Assembly (NCBI GenBank): GCA_028534125.1 | Contig: CM052816.1 | Coordinates: 17,672,001 to 17,736,000, forward strand | Reading direction: 5' to 3' | Length of the DNA stretch: 64,000 nucleotides | Source of the DNA: Lama glama | Lineage: Eukaryota | Part shown: in pieces, positions 24,209 to 36,500 of the stretch | Layout: the number at the start of each line of letters is the position of its first letter | Position numbering within the stretch: the first letter of the stretch is position 1 | Notes under the pieces: model-generated | The model's database searches: none | The model's input: only the letters and a program-made list of their open reading frames with translations | What the model was told of the DNA's origin: nothing | Program-made: the position numbers and the translations under genes

Positions 24209-24267
24209 ATTTAATATGTTTTGAAAGCATTTCAGAAGCATTTAATATCTTTTGAAAGCACTTCAGA
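24209..24267. repeat. Tandem duplication, ~31-bp period, 2 copies
   Basis: atttaatatgttttgaaagcatttcagaagc / atttaatatcttttgaaagcacttcaga. Confidence 0.85.
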
Positions 24268-26424
24268 GTCCTATGAAATTTTCAGAAAGGTGTATAGAAC
24301 AGGTGTGAGCAATATGCCATCGAAAATTCCTATCCCAAAGTGGATAGATGAGTAAAAATGAACATATATCAATTTTATTCTGATCTAATGATGCAATATT
24401 TTTTTTAAATGAAGCACCATTTTTTTCTTAAAAAAGTACTAGAGATTCGTTGTATTTGGAATTTCCAAGTAAGCCCAAACAATAAAGTAGACATTACCTG
24501 TGTGTGTTTGTTTTTAGTAGACATCTCAGTATGCAGTCCTTTCTTTTGTTTTCACTGGTTCCTCTTACTGTTCCTTTTGCAGTGGGTGGGTAGGGTGACT
24601 TATTCTTTCCAAAGAGAATCCCCAAGTCCTTGGGTGGAAAGGTCTGTCTCCAATGAACTAGGTCAGTCTTCAAGGGATGATCTTGGTTTGAGACAAGGCT
24701 TTTGCACAACATTTCTGAAGCTAGCTGCCTACATGCCCTTAAGCAGTCTGGGCTGATAGTAGATGGTAACTGAAGGTGTGCCAATGGCTGTTTGTATATA
24801 AAGAAGGATGGGGAGAGCTTAGGATCCAGAATATCTAATCATGTCTGTGACTACCGCCTTTCGTATAAGGGCTTCTCTCTTGCTTCTTAGAGTCTTGGAT
24901 TGCTTTTCATTCAGAGGTAAAAGGCTGTCTCCATTGCCCACCACTCTTCAGCAGTCACACAGTTGCTCTCAGCCTAATACCTCTCTCCTCTGAGTTCATT
25001 CCTGGACATCTGTTGTTTTGTCTGCCCAGAACAGTAGCCATCTCATCATACTTTCTAGGAGATAGGCCTTCCTCCTGTGTAACGTTGTGATTCTATCAAA
25101 GTGTCATCTTCCCACTGGAATCTGTGCACCCTGATGATACTAGGGACCTAGGAGCTTCCATGCTTCACTGACCTAGTGATAAAGCAGCCCCTGATACCAG
25201 TCACTTCCAAGACTAGCCACCCTTTGAGCTGGCTGTTTACATAAGCTGGGGAAGTGTGTTCCTTGGCTTAGCTGGTTCATGCTGAGTTTCCTTCACATGT
25301 ATTCAAGTTTCCTGATTCATACTCTCCCCAAGATCAATATTTCTTTCTCTCTCCTCCCCTACATCTTACTTTTCTTAGCTATAGAAGGAAGGGCCAAAAT
25401 AAGTACTTCATTTAATTTTGTTCTTTAAGTTTCCTGCTGTGCCCCAGACAAGATCAGTTGAGGGCTCAGAGCAGTGCAGCCCAGGCTTCTCCCAGTGCCT
25501 TTATTTGCAGTGACGAGCTCATCTTGTTACAGAAGGGACCGATGTCATCACCCAGTCCTAACAAATTTGTGTATCGAGACCGCAGAGTGATTGCAGAGAT
25601 ATATTTAATTGTTCCTAAATTCTGACTTTGCTTGGAGGTAAATCCATTATCTGGGCAAGAGCTGCTATGTAGTAATTAAACTGAAAATATTATATTTGTA
25701 TGTGCTTTCTGCCCCTAGGCAAGAGATATTTAAAATATTCATAGGAGTGATTTTTTAAAATCTTGACAATTTCACTTGAGTAACACAGAAGCAAATATTC
25801 TGAAGATGATCAGTGTTTCTATCATGTGCTGTGTGGGGTCTTGCTTCTGTGATGTTTACAGTGTGAGCCTCTCTCGGAGGACCTGGAGGAGGCTGCACTT
25901 GGACCAGACGCGTGCCCTTTGTATGTCCCCAAGCTTGTTTGAGTCATTCAGGGGTTCTCAGGTCAACTGGCAGCAGTCAGAAGCCTCATATCCGTCTCTG
26001 TTGATAAGTGGAGAAGCGGAGAATGAGAAGAAAACAGGCATGGTTTGCTCGTATTGCATTTTGGTCTTACCAGCTTTGCTACAGAAATGGAACTGACACT
26101 TTTTCTGTGTTGTATGTTGATGGAGAAATGTCCAGATTGCAGTGTTTTGCTGTTGCTTTTCATCAGTGTCTGAGCCTCACAACAACCCCTGTTAACCATG
26201 GCAGCCCCTGGGGGAATAGGGCAGCAAAGATCCGGGGATGGGAGCGTCTGAGAGGCTTGCTGGTATCTCCCCAGCCACTTAGGTGGTCTGTAGTCTATAA
26301 TTAATAGTAGTCTTGGCTGTCATTGCTTTGTTCCCAGAGCCCTAAAATAGTGTGCCTGATGTCTCTTTGCAAAGTCCCTGGGTCTGCTCTGAAGACATCG
26401 GCCTTTCTTCTAAGAGCATCCCTC

Positions 26425-26538
26425 GGTTCAGGTCACCTAACCCTACTTATCTCCCAAAGGCTCCGTCTCCAAATACCATCATATTGGAACTTGGGACTCA
26501 ATTTTTTGTTGGTGGGGAATACAGTTCAGTCCATAGCA
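26425..26538 (-). mobile_element. MaLR LTR fragment (MLT1A-like 5' end)
   Basis: tctcccaaaggctccgtctccaaataccatcatattgg...ttcagtccatagca (reverse complement TGCTATGGACTGAA). Confidence 0.75.
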
Positions 26539-27522
26539 TGCACTTTCGGGGCACACGGTAGTGATACTTTAACCCCTACTCAAACTTCTAGTATTAGTTT
26601 AACACAGAGAAGGGAGGAGTGGACCATTTGTGCACAGGCCCAGAGGTGGGGCATCCTGAGCCCTTGGGATGGGTACCTAGTACACAGAGAATGAGGACGG
26701 AGGCCATGGATGCTGTGGGAGTAGACAAGTCGGATCACATGGGCTCATAGGCCATGCTGGAGGGTCTGGGCCTAACTCTGAGGGAGGAGCCCCTGAAAGG
26801 GTGAAGCACGAGGGGCAGGGAAGACCCTCACTCCATGTTGCTTTCTTAGCCTGAAAGCGCCCGCCTGTCTCTGTGGCACTTGATGGCCCAGCATCACTTA
26901 CTGAGAATAAATGTGGATGCCTCTGCAGCATGACACTTCAGCCCTCGGGGCACAAAGATCAAGCCACAGTATATGTGGTAAACAGGTTAATTTGGTCAAT
27001 AGTTTAATTCTGGCAGGAGCCGAATGACATTATAAAGAATGCAGTGGCATTTCCACTGGAAATGTCTGCCATCATTTTCTTCTTGACATGAGGAAAATAA
27101 AAGCTTCCCAACTCTAGAAAGAATTAGCATGAAATGTGCCCATCAATCTCCCTGTGAAGAAACATTATGCTGCAGCAGTGTGTGAACACGGAGGAGGAGG
27201 CGGTAACGGAACAGGTTGGTGTACGGCCCACTGGGAGCCTTGTTTCCAGAAACCCACCTCTCTTCAGGCCCAGCTGTGGTCTGGATGTCCCTGCTGGCTG
27301 TGACCTGGGGTCCGTTCTGCAGTCCAAGTTCCAGGAGTGCAGCGAGCCTGCTACCAGTGGGAGGATGCCTGCCTTCCCTGATGCTCACGCGAGACCACCT
27401 CCTGGTTTTGTTTTGTCGAGGGCTGGACTTCCCCTGGGTCTGAGCTTCTCAAAGGTGGCTTTTGTATGCATGTTTCCCTTTCTCAGTTCTTGAGCTGTCT
27501 CCTCTTTCTCCTTCCTTTAGTG

Positions 27523-27688
27523 CAGTGGTTCTCAAAATACAGTCCTTGGACCAGCGCATCAGACAGTCAGATTCTTGAGTCCCACCTAAGACATACTGAC
27601 TCAGCATCTCCGACGCTGGGGCCCAGAAACCTGTGTTTGAACAAGCTTGCTAGGTGATTCTGGTGCATGCTCAAGCTGGAAACCCCTG
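27523..27688 (+). mobile_element. MER5A hAT-Charlie MITE
   Basis: cagtggttctcaaa...cagattcttgagtcccacctaagacatactgactcag...ctgtgtttgaacaagc...aggtgattctggtgcatgctcaag. Confidence 0.85.
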
Positions 27689-27894
27689 CTTCAGCAAGTG
27701 TGGGTGCTCAGGCGCCATGCTCCATGCCTTAGCGTGCAGGCGTGCAGAAGGTGGAAGTGTGTGTTTGGGGGTGGGTACATGTGCCTGAGTCACTTAGGAA
27801 AGGTTCTGTGCAGGAAAGTAACTATGGGGAGCATCTGGGTAGGGCTGAGTGAAACTCGAGGGATCTTTCATATCTATAGTTTCTAATAGTGATG

Positions 27895-28150
27895 TTGATG
27901 ATGGAAGCTAATGACTGTTAAGTGGAGTGTGCCAGTCACTCTGCCAGGCACTGTGTGCGTTACCTCATTTTATTCTCATGATAAGCTCTAAGAGATAGCT
28001 GTGTTCACTATCCCCATTTTACAGTGAGTTGAAGTCAGGCTTATTGCAGATACTGAACTTGCTCAAGATCACCCCGCTGGAAAGTGACAGAGATGGAGCC
28101 CAAGCACAGGTCTGCGCCGACTCAGAAACCCGTGCCCTTGATGCTGCAGC
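27895..28150 (-). mobile_element. MIR SINE
   Basis: tgccaggcactgtg...cctcattttattctca...tatccccattttacag...aacttgctcaagatcac. Confidence 0.8.
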
Positions 28151-30184
28151 CTGGTGTTCCTCTTGCTCTGCTCAGGGAAGGGCACTTCTGGGGATGGCTG
28201 CTTTCAGCACCGCCTGGGTTTCCTGTGTGGTCCTTGGGCTGGTTTGGTTGACATGTTTCAATACGGAGTCCTGCAAAGGGATTGAGCATTGAGGACTGTC
28301 GTGCTTTGGGGGATGAATGGTACTTGATCCCCTCTCCACAGCAAGTTACTTTAGAAACAAACAAGAACCAGAAAAAGGAAGTGATCTGTTTTACCCTTGA
28401 AATGCACAACGTGTGAATGACTGCCTATTAAATCGGGCTAGGCCCGAGCTCTCAGTCCTCAGTGATTGAGGCCCTTAAAATAAGGAGCTGGAGTGTGCGG
28501 GTGGGCTGGGTAATTGTTTTCGCAGGTTATTGGAACAGCCTGCAAGAGGGGTGCGGGCCTTACGGTGTCTGCATATCTCCCCATGAAGTTTCCTCTGTTA
28601 TTAAGCAGGCAGCAGTAATGATTTTATTTTATTTAAGGGGAGGGGGAAAGAAACTCAGATTGAGATTTAGAAATCTTCTTGTAGGCATATGTGTGAGGTT
28701 ACTGTTTCATTAGGCTTAGCAGAGACAGTTTCAGAATCTCAGCTTGCTGCTTCCAGGATGATTGGTGATGCTTTTTCAAGTTTTTCACTGTCTCTGAAAT
28801 CTGTAGGAAGGTAGGTGCTTTGGGACTCCGATATAAACCGGCCTTTTGATTTCTACCAGCTTCCTTTCCTAGCTAACATTCTTTAAGGATTTCCATTTGG
28901 CTATTTCTTCCTTATGGACCATGATTTTGCAATCTGCTCCTTGAAAGCCTGTCACTTATTCCAAGGAAGACTCTGGCTAAATGCACAACTGAGTCCTGTG
29001 GACCCACATATTCTGCCTACGTGGTAAGCAACCCTCTGTCCACTAAGTGTCTCACCATTTTCCAGATTTGTATTGGAGACACCCAGCAGTAAACTGCATT
29101 TCCCTGTGATCTCTCTTTCCCAATTAGCTTGTAGCCAAGTCCTGATAATAAATTAAGCCAGGAGCTTTTCTTGTTAATTTCCCCACAGAAAAGATGTGGC
29201 AAAGCTACAGGGAGGCTGAACTTAGCCTACAAACAGTGCTGAGCTATGCTGTTATTTCTTTCAGATCATAAGCTGCTCCCTTGGAGAATAACTGCTTAGC
29301 GTCTGTAAAGATGTTCCAGCGCTATGGGAAACTGGAAACTCTGTGGCATTCTTAGTTAGGAGAAAACCACCTCTGGAGTAAACTTAATGAAGTGACTCTT
29401 GAAACTTCTCTTATTATCCAACAGGGGATGCGCTAAGGTGGTCCCCACTTTGTCAGATTCAGTGTTTCCATAAACCTTGTTTTAGTACAGTATGAATTGA
29501 GGCTCACAAACATCTTTACATCCACTAGTTTTATATCATTTTTCAGATGTGCCCTGGCAGACAGAGAGTCTGAGTTCTGGTGGGGCCTGACAGCTGAGGG
29601 TTCGTGTTCTGGCAAGATCATCACCTTTGCTTGTGCAGCCATTCATGTTCCAGCGATTCTTTGAACTTGCAGTGCATTTTTTTTCTCATTATTTCATAGA
29701 AATGTGTGATAAAATGAGAATAATGGTGTTGAAGCTTGGATCTCATAAATGTGAAGATAACACTGGGAATCATTAGACATGCCCCAAATAGCAAATCATT
29801 AGTCACAAATGGGTGGATGTAGGAATTAAGACAGTCAACTGGGTATTCAATTGTGAAGAAAGAGAAAGTTAAAGGACTCATATGAACTGCTGAAAATATG
29901 TCATCAGAGGTGGTGTTTAAAAATGGTGTCGTGAGGAATTTAATGCTGGTTTTCAACAACTTCCCCCTCAACACAAGGTATGAATCTTTAGTTTGAGCAT
30001 CACACTTTTCACTTTTTTCTATATTATAACACAGTACGTGTATTATATAATGGAGCTGTCCTAAGTTATAGGGACTACCCTTCTAATTTGTTATCAGAAT
30101 TTAATTTTTCTCACACTGAAGTGACAGCAGCCACAATTGGGAGAAAAATTTAAAAAATCAATAGAAATTTTAGTCTCCTCGCAT

Positions 30185-30605
30185 TTCCATCCTCCCTGTC
30201 CATTCTTGGCCAGTCTTTACTTCCTTTCCCTGCTTCATTTTTCCCTAGAGCACTTACCCTCAATCAACTACATTTCACTTGTTGATCATCTGTCCACTGC
30301 TAGTAGAGTATTAGCTCCATGAGGGTAAGAATTTCTGTGTATTCACTCGTCTAAACCAGTGTTTCTCAACTCATTTTTCCCACTTTCCTAAGGAGACTTT
30401 TTAGACTTTTTTTTCCTGATTGCCCCCTCTGTGAAATTTTAATATCACACATGTGCATATATTTGCTTATGTAAGGATGTATATCTGTACTTTATGTGTA
30501 AAAAGAGTAAGAGTGTTCTCATCCCTCAGAAACCAGGTTCCTGCCCGTGGAGAGCAGAATGCCTTCTAGATCTGGTGCCAACAAGGGTGCCTGAAACATA
30601 GCACG
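30185..30605 (+). mobile_element. L2 3' end split by MER112
   Basis: ctgtccactgctagtagagtattagctccatgagggtaagaatttctg...[MER112]...gtgcctgaaacatagcac. Confidence 0.7.
30357..30563 (+). mobile_element. MER112 hAT-Charlie DNA transposon
   Basis: cagtgtttctcaac...ctaaggagactttttagac...tgaaattttaatatcaca...aaaagagtaaga; degenerate 8-bp TSD gtctaaac / ttctagat. Confidence 0.8.
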
Positions 30606-31719
30606 TGTGGGCTGTGGTAGCCGACCTGAGCCTATTCCTAAATTTTCTTTTTTCTTTTTTTCCAGTAGAGGCCAAACACACACTGGCTAACCACTTGATA
30701 GGTACGTGAAAGGATCCTTCCCACAGTGTGTCAAGTTCTTATTCTTCTAAGAGTCTATGATCAACCAGTAGAGGGAATGCTTTGATTGTTGGTCTCAGTT
30801 AAACTTACAGACGGTTATCCTTGACGACTGATAACTAAACAGAAAGCCAATGCACACGTTTACTAACTGCTCTGACTAGCTCCTGGCGTTAGCCTTTGTT
30901 CCCACTTAAGCCGTGGTCCTGAAACTGACCTGTTTGATGACAGAACCCCCCCGATGGTGGCCTGACCCAGACAGAGCTCTACTCCAAAATGGGATTGAGA
31001 AACAAACAGGGACACTTCAACAGATCTTATGCCATGGACTTACCCGGGCACGGTGGATGTTTCCAGATCACCTGATAATCTACAGCGTCTCTGGCCCCCT
31101 TCCTGATGGCCTGTGTGTATGGCATGATAAAAAGCCAGCACATTCTATTGCATTAAATAAAATCAGAAAACTTGCAGCTTCGTGCTGTCCTGTGTGTGTT
31201 GGATGCAGTAATAGAAGCAAGACAACTAGTGTGTGTCCTTTAAGATGCCAGAGACCAGGGAGACCCTCTCAGACTGGAGTCTGACCAAGGCTCTCCCATC
31301 AGACACAGACAAACCCAGTGCCTGAAGCCTTATGAAGGGGCAGGGGCCGCTTTCCTTGAGATGCTTTGGGAGACATAACTGGTTGTGTGTATCCTCAGAA
31401 AGGAAAGTGTTCATTCATCATTTTAGGTAGCCTTGTTTCTCCACGGAAGTATTTCAGATGCTAATTTGCTTAGGAGAGAAGACTGACATTTTCATTTACT
31501 TTTATACCAACAATTATAGAAAATTATGAATATTCATGTGAAGAAAATGAATTTAATTACAAGCTAAGCCAATACCATAATGAATGGTTCTGATAGTCTG
31601 ACCCTCATGGCTGTAATAATAAAGTTAAATTCCTAAAATTGGGATCTATTGTAGTCTTAGTCATTGACTTAAAATAAAAAGACTGAATTTTTTATTTGCT
31701 CTGTTGGAGCAGATTTCTT

Positions 31720-31920
31720 TTTTTTTTTAATTGTAGTATAGTCAGTTTAAAATGTTGTTTCAATTTTTCATATACAGCATAATGTTTCTGTCTTACTTAC
31801 ATATATATATATTTGTTTTCATATTCTTTTTCATTATATAGGTAACTACAAGATACTGAATATAGTTCCCTGTGCTATACAGAAGACACTTGTTGTTCAT
31901 CTATTTTATATACAGTAGTT
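31720..31920 (-). mobile_element. Young 5'-truncated artiodactyl (camelid-type) L1 3' end
   Basis: Poly-T then attgtagtatagtcagttt...actacaagatactgaatatagttccctgtgctatacagaaga; TSD agatttctt (31711-31719) / aggtttctt (31921-31929). Confidence 0.85.
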
Positions 31921-32572
31921 AGGTTTCTTGAAATGAAACCTAAGTGTGCCTTTTAACACTACCTTGTAAGAATTCTCATTTTAGTCAGGTTAGGATGTTG
32001 TTATATCTTCTGGAGTTTTGTCATTGGGAGCCAGATGTCCCTGTAAATTCCTCATATTGGCCTGGACTTTTATAACACGAAGCATTGTACTTTTCTTAGT
32101 AAGAAAATTGGCCTTTTCCCTTAGAATGGACATAGTTTAAAAGACGTGTTTATTGGAAGGTGTTGAAATAAGACATTTAAAACCAAAATTTCTTAGGCAC
32201 TAGGCTATTTGGAGGAAACCTATGATGAATCCTTTTTATAACTGAATGTCTCTCCTTATAATTGCTTCTACATAGATACTTGGGATTTCTACCCCAGTTT
32301 TTCTTAAAGCAAGGCATACTTGTCTAAGCAGATGTGTTTCTGCTGGCCGTGTTTCTGTGTCCATTGTTGTACTATGCGGGTGGGGGTGTTAATTTAAGCA
32401 AGTCATTTGAAAAGAGAATAACTGCAAAATGCTTTGAAAACATAGATATTGAATCCAACATCTTAATAATAAATAAAGTTGGTAGACTTTTTGGCTTGAA
32501 TTTCATTTGGATGTTGCATGTTTCCACTTTGGAACTCTTAGATGGCTGAGGATTCAGCATGGAGAACAGAAA

Positions 32573-32765
32573 CATTCACTGATTCACTCACATATCTGTT
32601 CGGTGGTCATCTGCTAAGTGCCCACTGCACACCAGTCCCTCTGTGAGGTCCTGGGGAGGCAGAGATGAAAATGACACAGTCTTGGCCTTTAGTATCCTCA
32701 CAGTAGAATGGAGACTGTCAAGTGGCCCAATAATTACACTAGAAGGCAATGAAGTTCACAGTGGT
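32573..32765 (-). mobile_element. L2 3' end
   Basis: cattcactgattcactca...ctggggaggcagagatgaaaatgacacagtcttggcc. Confidence 0.65.
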
Positions 32766-32945
32766 TTGGAGACTAGATTTAGGTGTAAGCCCTGTGTGAT
32801 CTTGACCAAATAATTAATATCCTCTTTAGCTTAATTTGTTCATTTTTAAAGTGGGGTTAAAAATAGTGCCAACCTCACAGGGTACCTTGAGGATTTAATG
32901 AGGTAAATCCAAATAAAATGTAGTGCCTGGCAGCTGGGAATGCCC
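32766..32945 (+). mobile_element. MIR SINE
   Basis: ctgtgtgatcttgaccaaa...aatagtgccaacctcacagggt...gaggatttaatgagg...gtgcctggca. Confidence 0.75.
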
Positions 32946-34408
32946 AGGAGATGATGGGAGACCCACTCAGTGGATGGGCAGACAGGTACCATAGAGGGGG
33001 ACTCAGAACACAGCCAGGGATGTGCCACTAGGCAGAGCAACTCATGTGACAGAGTCATTTGTGTGCCCATAGGGAAAACAAGATAGGAAGGGCATTTTCT
33101 TTTTCCACTAAACTTAGCAATATAGTGCTTTTGGGGAATGAGGGATGGTCAGCGTGGGATGTGTGGGAGGTGATTTGGAAGTTGTTTAGTCTTGTTCTTC
33201 ACTGCTCTGTCTCCGCACCCCACCTCTTCCAACTGCTTGGCCCAGAAGTGCCAGCCTCCAGGGTCAGGAGATGCAGGTGACCCCAGTAGAGGAGGGCATG
33301 CTGTTTAGACTCCTTCAGAATCTGCTGCTGAGGGAGACAAGGCAGGGTGTGAGGCCCCAGGCTGACACTTACAGCAAGAAAATCTTGAAGGCTGTGGCTC
33401 TTCAAAGGTTCACACTGTAAAGTGTGTCTCTTGAAGACCTTCTCACTTTTAAGAGGCAAAGCAACTCGAAAAGGCAGGACTAGAACCCTATAAAATCATC
33501 CCATCACTCTAGGAACAAGTTACCTTTAGGAAACTAGGCTGGGAACTGATCCAGGACTGAGACCTCAGCTTCCTAAGTGTTTATCACAGGACCCTGTGCT
33601 TGACAGGCATTTGTGGACTGAATGAATGGATAATGAATAAATGAGTCTTTTAACCATGATGAGGACATTAAGTAGAGGCTCTGTGCTAACTCGTGTTTCT
33701 CTACATCTGTGTGTATTTCTGGTACTTAGCTGTATTTTCTTTGGAATTTGACCTGGGATTTTGTTTGGCAGTATTTTGGGCTTCTATTCATTTGGCGAAG
33801 AAAAGGCATGATTCTTAATTGGTGTAATTTTACCTCCATGAATTCAGGAATGCGATTCTGGGAATAATGAGTTCTCCTTTTAGAGAGAAACTTATTTGCA
33901 GAAATGCCAATTTCTGCCTCATTAGGCCCATTCTAGCTCTGGAGATGCGTGACTCTCCCTGGGGCAGGCCCTGTCAAGTTTGAGGACACTCTTCCAATTT
34001 CCAATCCCTGTTGCCCCTCATCAGCTCTACCTTTCACAAGTAAGAGTTAATATTTAATGAAGGGACCTTTGGGACTTCCACTGTCAGAATCCTGCTTGCT
34101 TACTACTCTGCAAATAATTTTGGATGAGTGATTTTTATAATCCTAGCATCATTATTCCTGGTTACACAAGGAACACAGTGTATTTGTGTAAACAGGCCAG
34201 TGGACAGATTGGTAGGGTGATGATAGCATTTCCTGGGTGCAAATTTGTCAGGACTCATCTCTTTGAAGAGATTCCAGGGAAGCTTCCAGGGAAGAAGACT
34301 GTATCAAACAGCTTTCTTCTGATGTGCCGGCTTAAGATCCCTCCACCCAGGGATTGCAAAGAGGAGTGCCTTGGAGGGAACCCTGAGTTTTTTGATTGCC
34401 CCATTCCT

Positions 34409-35244
34409 GTTATTTATTATTTTTTATTGAAGTATAGTCAGTTTACAATGTTGTGCCAATTTCTGGTGTACAGCATAATGTTCCAGTCATACATATACAT
34501 ACATATGTTCCTTTTCATTTTCTTTTTCATTATAGGTTACTACAAGATGTTGAATATAGTTCCCTGTGCTATAAAGTAGAAACTTGTTTTTTATCTATTT
34601 CATATACAGTAGTTAGTATCTGCAAATCTCAGACTCACAATTTATCCCTTCCCACCCTCTTTTCCCCCTGGTAACCATAAGTTTTCCATATCTGTGAGTC
34701 TGTTTCTCTTTTATAAGTAAGTTCATTTGTGTCTTTTTTTTTCTCCAGATTCTATGTATAAGTGATGTCATATGGTGTTTTTCCTTCTCTTTCTGACATA
34801 CTTCTCTTAGAATAATGATCTCCAGGTCCATCCATGTTGCTGCAAATGGCATTATTTTATTCTTTTTAGTGGCTGGATAGTATTCCATTGTGTGTGTATG
34901 TGTGTATATATGTGTGTGTGTGTATATATGCCACAACTTCTTTATCCAGTCATCTGTTGATGGACATTTAGGTTGTTTCCATGTCTTGGCTATTGTAAAT
35001 AGTGCTACAATGAATATTGGGGTGCATGTATCTTTTCGAATTAGAGTTCCCTCCAGATGTATGTCCAGGAGTGGGATTGCTGGAGCATATGGTAAGTCTA
35101 TTTTTATATTTTTAGTCTTTTGAGGAATCTCCATACTGTTTTCCATAACGGCAGCACCAAACTACATCCCCACCAGCAGTGCAGGAGGGTTCCTTTTCTC
35201 CACACCCTCTCCAGCATTTATCGTTTATGGCCTGTTTAATGATG
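34409..35244 (-). mobile_element. Young 5'-truncated camelid-type L1 (ORF2 C-terminus plus 3' UTR)
   Basis: ttttattgaagtatagtcagtttacaatgttgtg...; TSD tgattgccccattcct (34393-34408) / tgattgccccacttct (35245-35260). Confidence 0.92.
34613..35244 (-). pseudogene. Frameshifted remnant of the LINE-1 ORF2p C-terminal domain
   Basis: ORF track gives [10 protein letters not shown] and LPYAPAIPLL...FTIAKTWKQPKCPSTDDWIKKLW...MEYY...IMPFAATWMDLE, classic L1 ORF2p C-terminus, in two different frames. Confidence 0.9.
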
Positions 35245-36254
35245 TGATTGCCCCACTTCTGATTGCCCTCCTGGGCCTTGCTTTCTTCCTTGTGGATGAT
35301 CTTCTTTCCTGTTTCTGTGCCTGCCTCTGCCCAGGCGCCCAGCAGCTGGCTACCTGTCCCAGGCTTCTGATGATACTTTCTGGGCTCTCTTCTCATGTAG
35401 TGTCTGATGTGGAAAACTCCTTCTGGACAAGTCTGGGACCACCTGTTCTTTGTGTCTCAGAGAAAGATTCTGGCTGGTTCCTAAGGACTTGATTCTGGGA
35501 GTCTGCTTCTCCCATGTCCTGGGAAGGAAATAGATGGCTCCCCGTTCTGATGTAGCTGAGTCACAGAACTTGTCAATTTTCCCTACAAAACTTGAAGAAA
35601 ATCTAGCTCCTCTAGAAGGGGCTAAATAAGGAGCCTTATTCTTTTGTTTAACTCATGAGTTTTCTGGGATTCCCAGTTCACTTGTTAGCTTGGAAAAAAA
35701 AAAGAGTTACTTTCTCAGCTTTATTGTTTCAATCAGAAGCAAGCAGAAATGCTGTTCTGTAGTGGGCCGTTAGTTGGAGGATTTGTATCTGAGAGCTGTA
35801 TGTTAGGGCTAGACTTGGGACATTCGCCTTCTGAACTTGATGATGTGGTCATCTTAGGTATATCTCTTCTATTTATCTCTAGTCCATTAAAGAGGCCCTG
35901 TCCTCCACATAGGGAGATCTATCAGCTTGCTAGGCCAGGAGTCCAGAGACAAAGATGCCAGTTCCAGCTCTCATGAACAAGCTGTTACCTTAAATCACAT
36001 CCCTCTGATAGGATTTGGTTTTCCCAGGCAAAGATGAAGACAAAGGATCAGTCATCATCTTGAATTTGATCAGTTATAAATGGATCGGTGGTCATAAGTC
36101 AGTTGGAAAAAAATTCTGTGATTGATTAGCCATTTGTGCCACAGGTAAGGAGACGGTGCGGGGTGGCATCCCCGAGCCAGGTAACGTCATACCCCTTCCA
36201 CTTCTGATGTTCTGTACCTATAGAGAAGCATCGGAGCAGTGGGACTGTGTGAGT

Positions 36255-36500
36255 GAGATAGTGCAGCCTAGAAATAGGAGTGCCATTGGAGCCACACAGC
36301 CTAACTGCTGTCCCAGCTCTGTTGCTTGTTAGCAGGGGTTCCTTGGATAAGTTACTTCTCCTCTCTAAGCTGCAGTTTCCTCTTTAGCAAAAGCAAAAGG
36401 CTGTAGTCCTTACCTCATAAGAATGTTGGGAGGATTGAGTCAGACATTTTTAAGTATTTTGCATAGTAGATGATTAGTAAAAATGTGATGAAGCTGTTAT
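36255..36500 (+). mobile_element. MIR SINE
   Basis: tcccagctctg...ccttggataagttacttctcctctctaagctgcagtttcctc...cctcataagaatgttgggaggattga. Confidence 0.8.

Noticed and set aside
28203..28211. TTCAGCACC, left half of a REST/NRSF site
   Set aside because: The right half (GGACAG) is absent at canonical spacing.
34613..35146. 177-aa ORF as a host gene
   Set aside because: It is a fragment of L1 ORF2p in a 5'-truncated, frameshifted copy.
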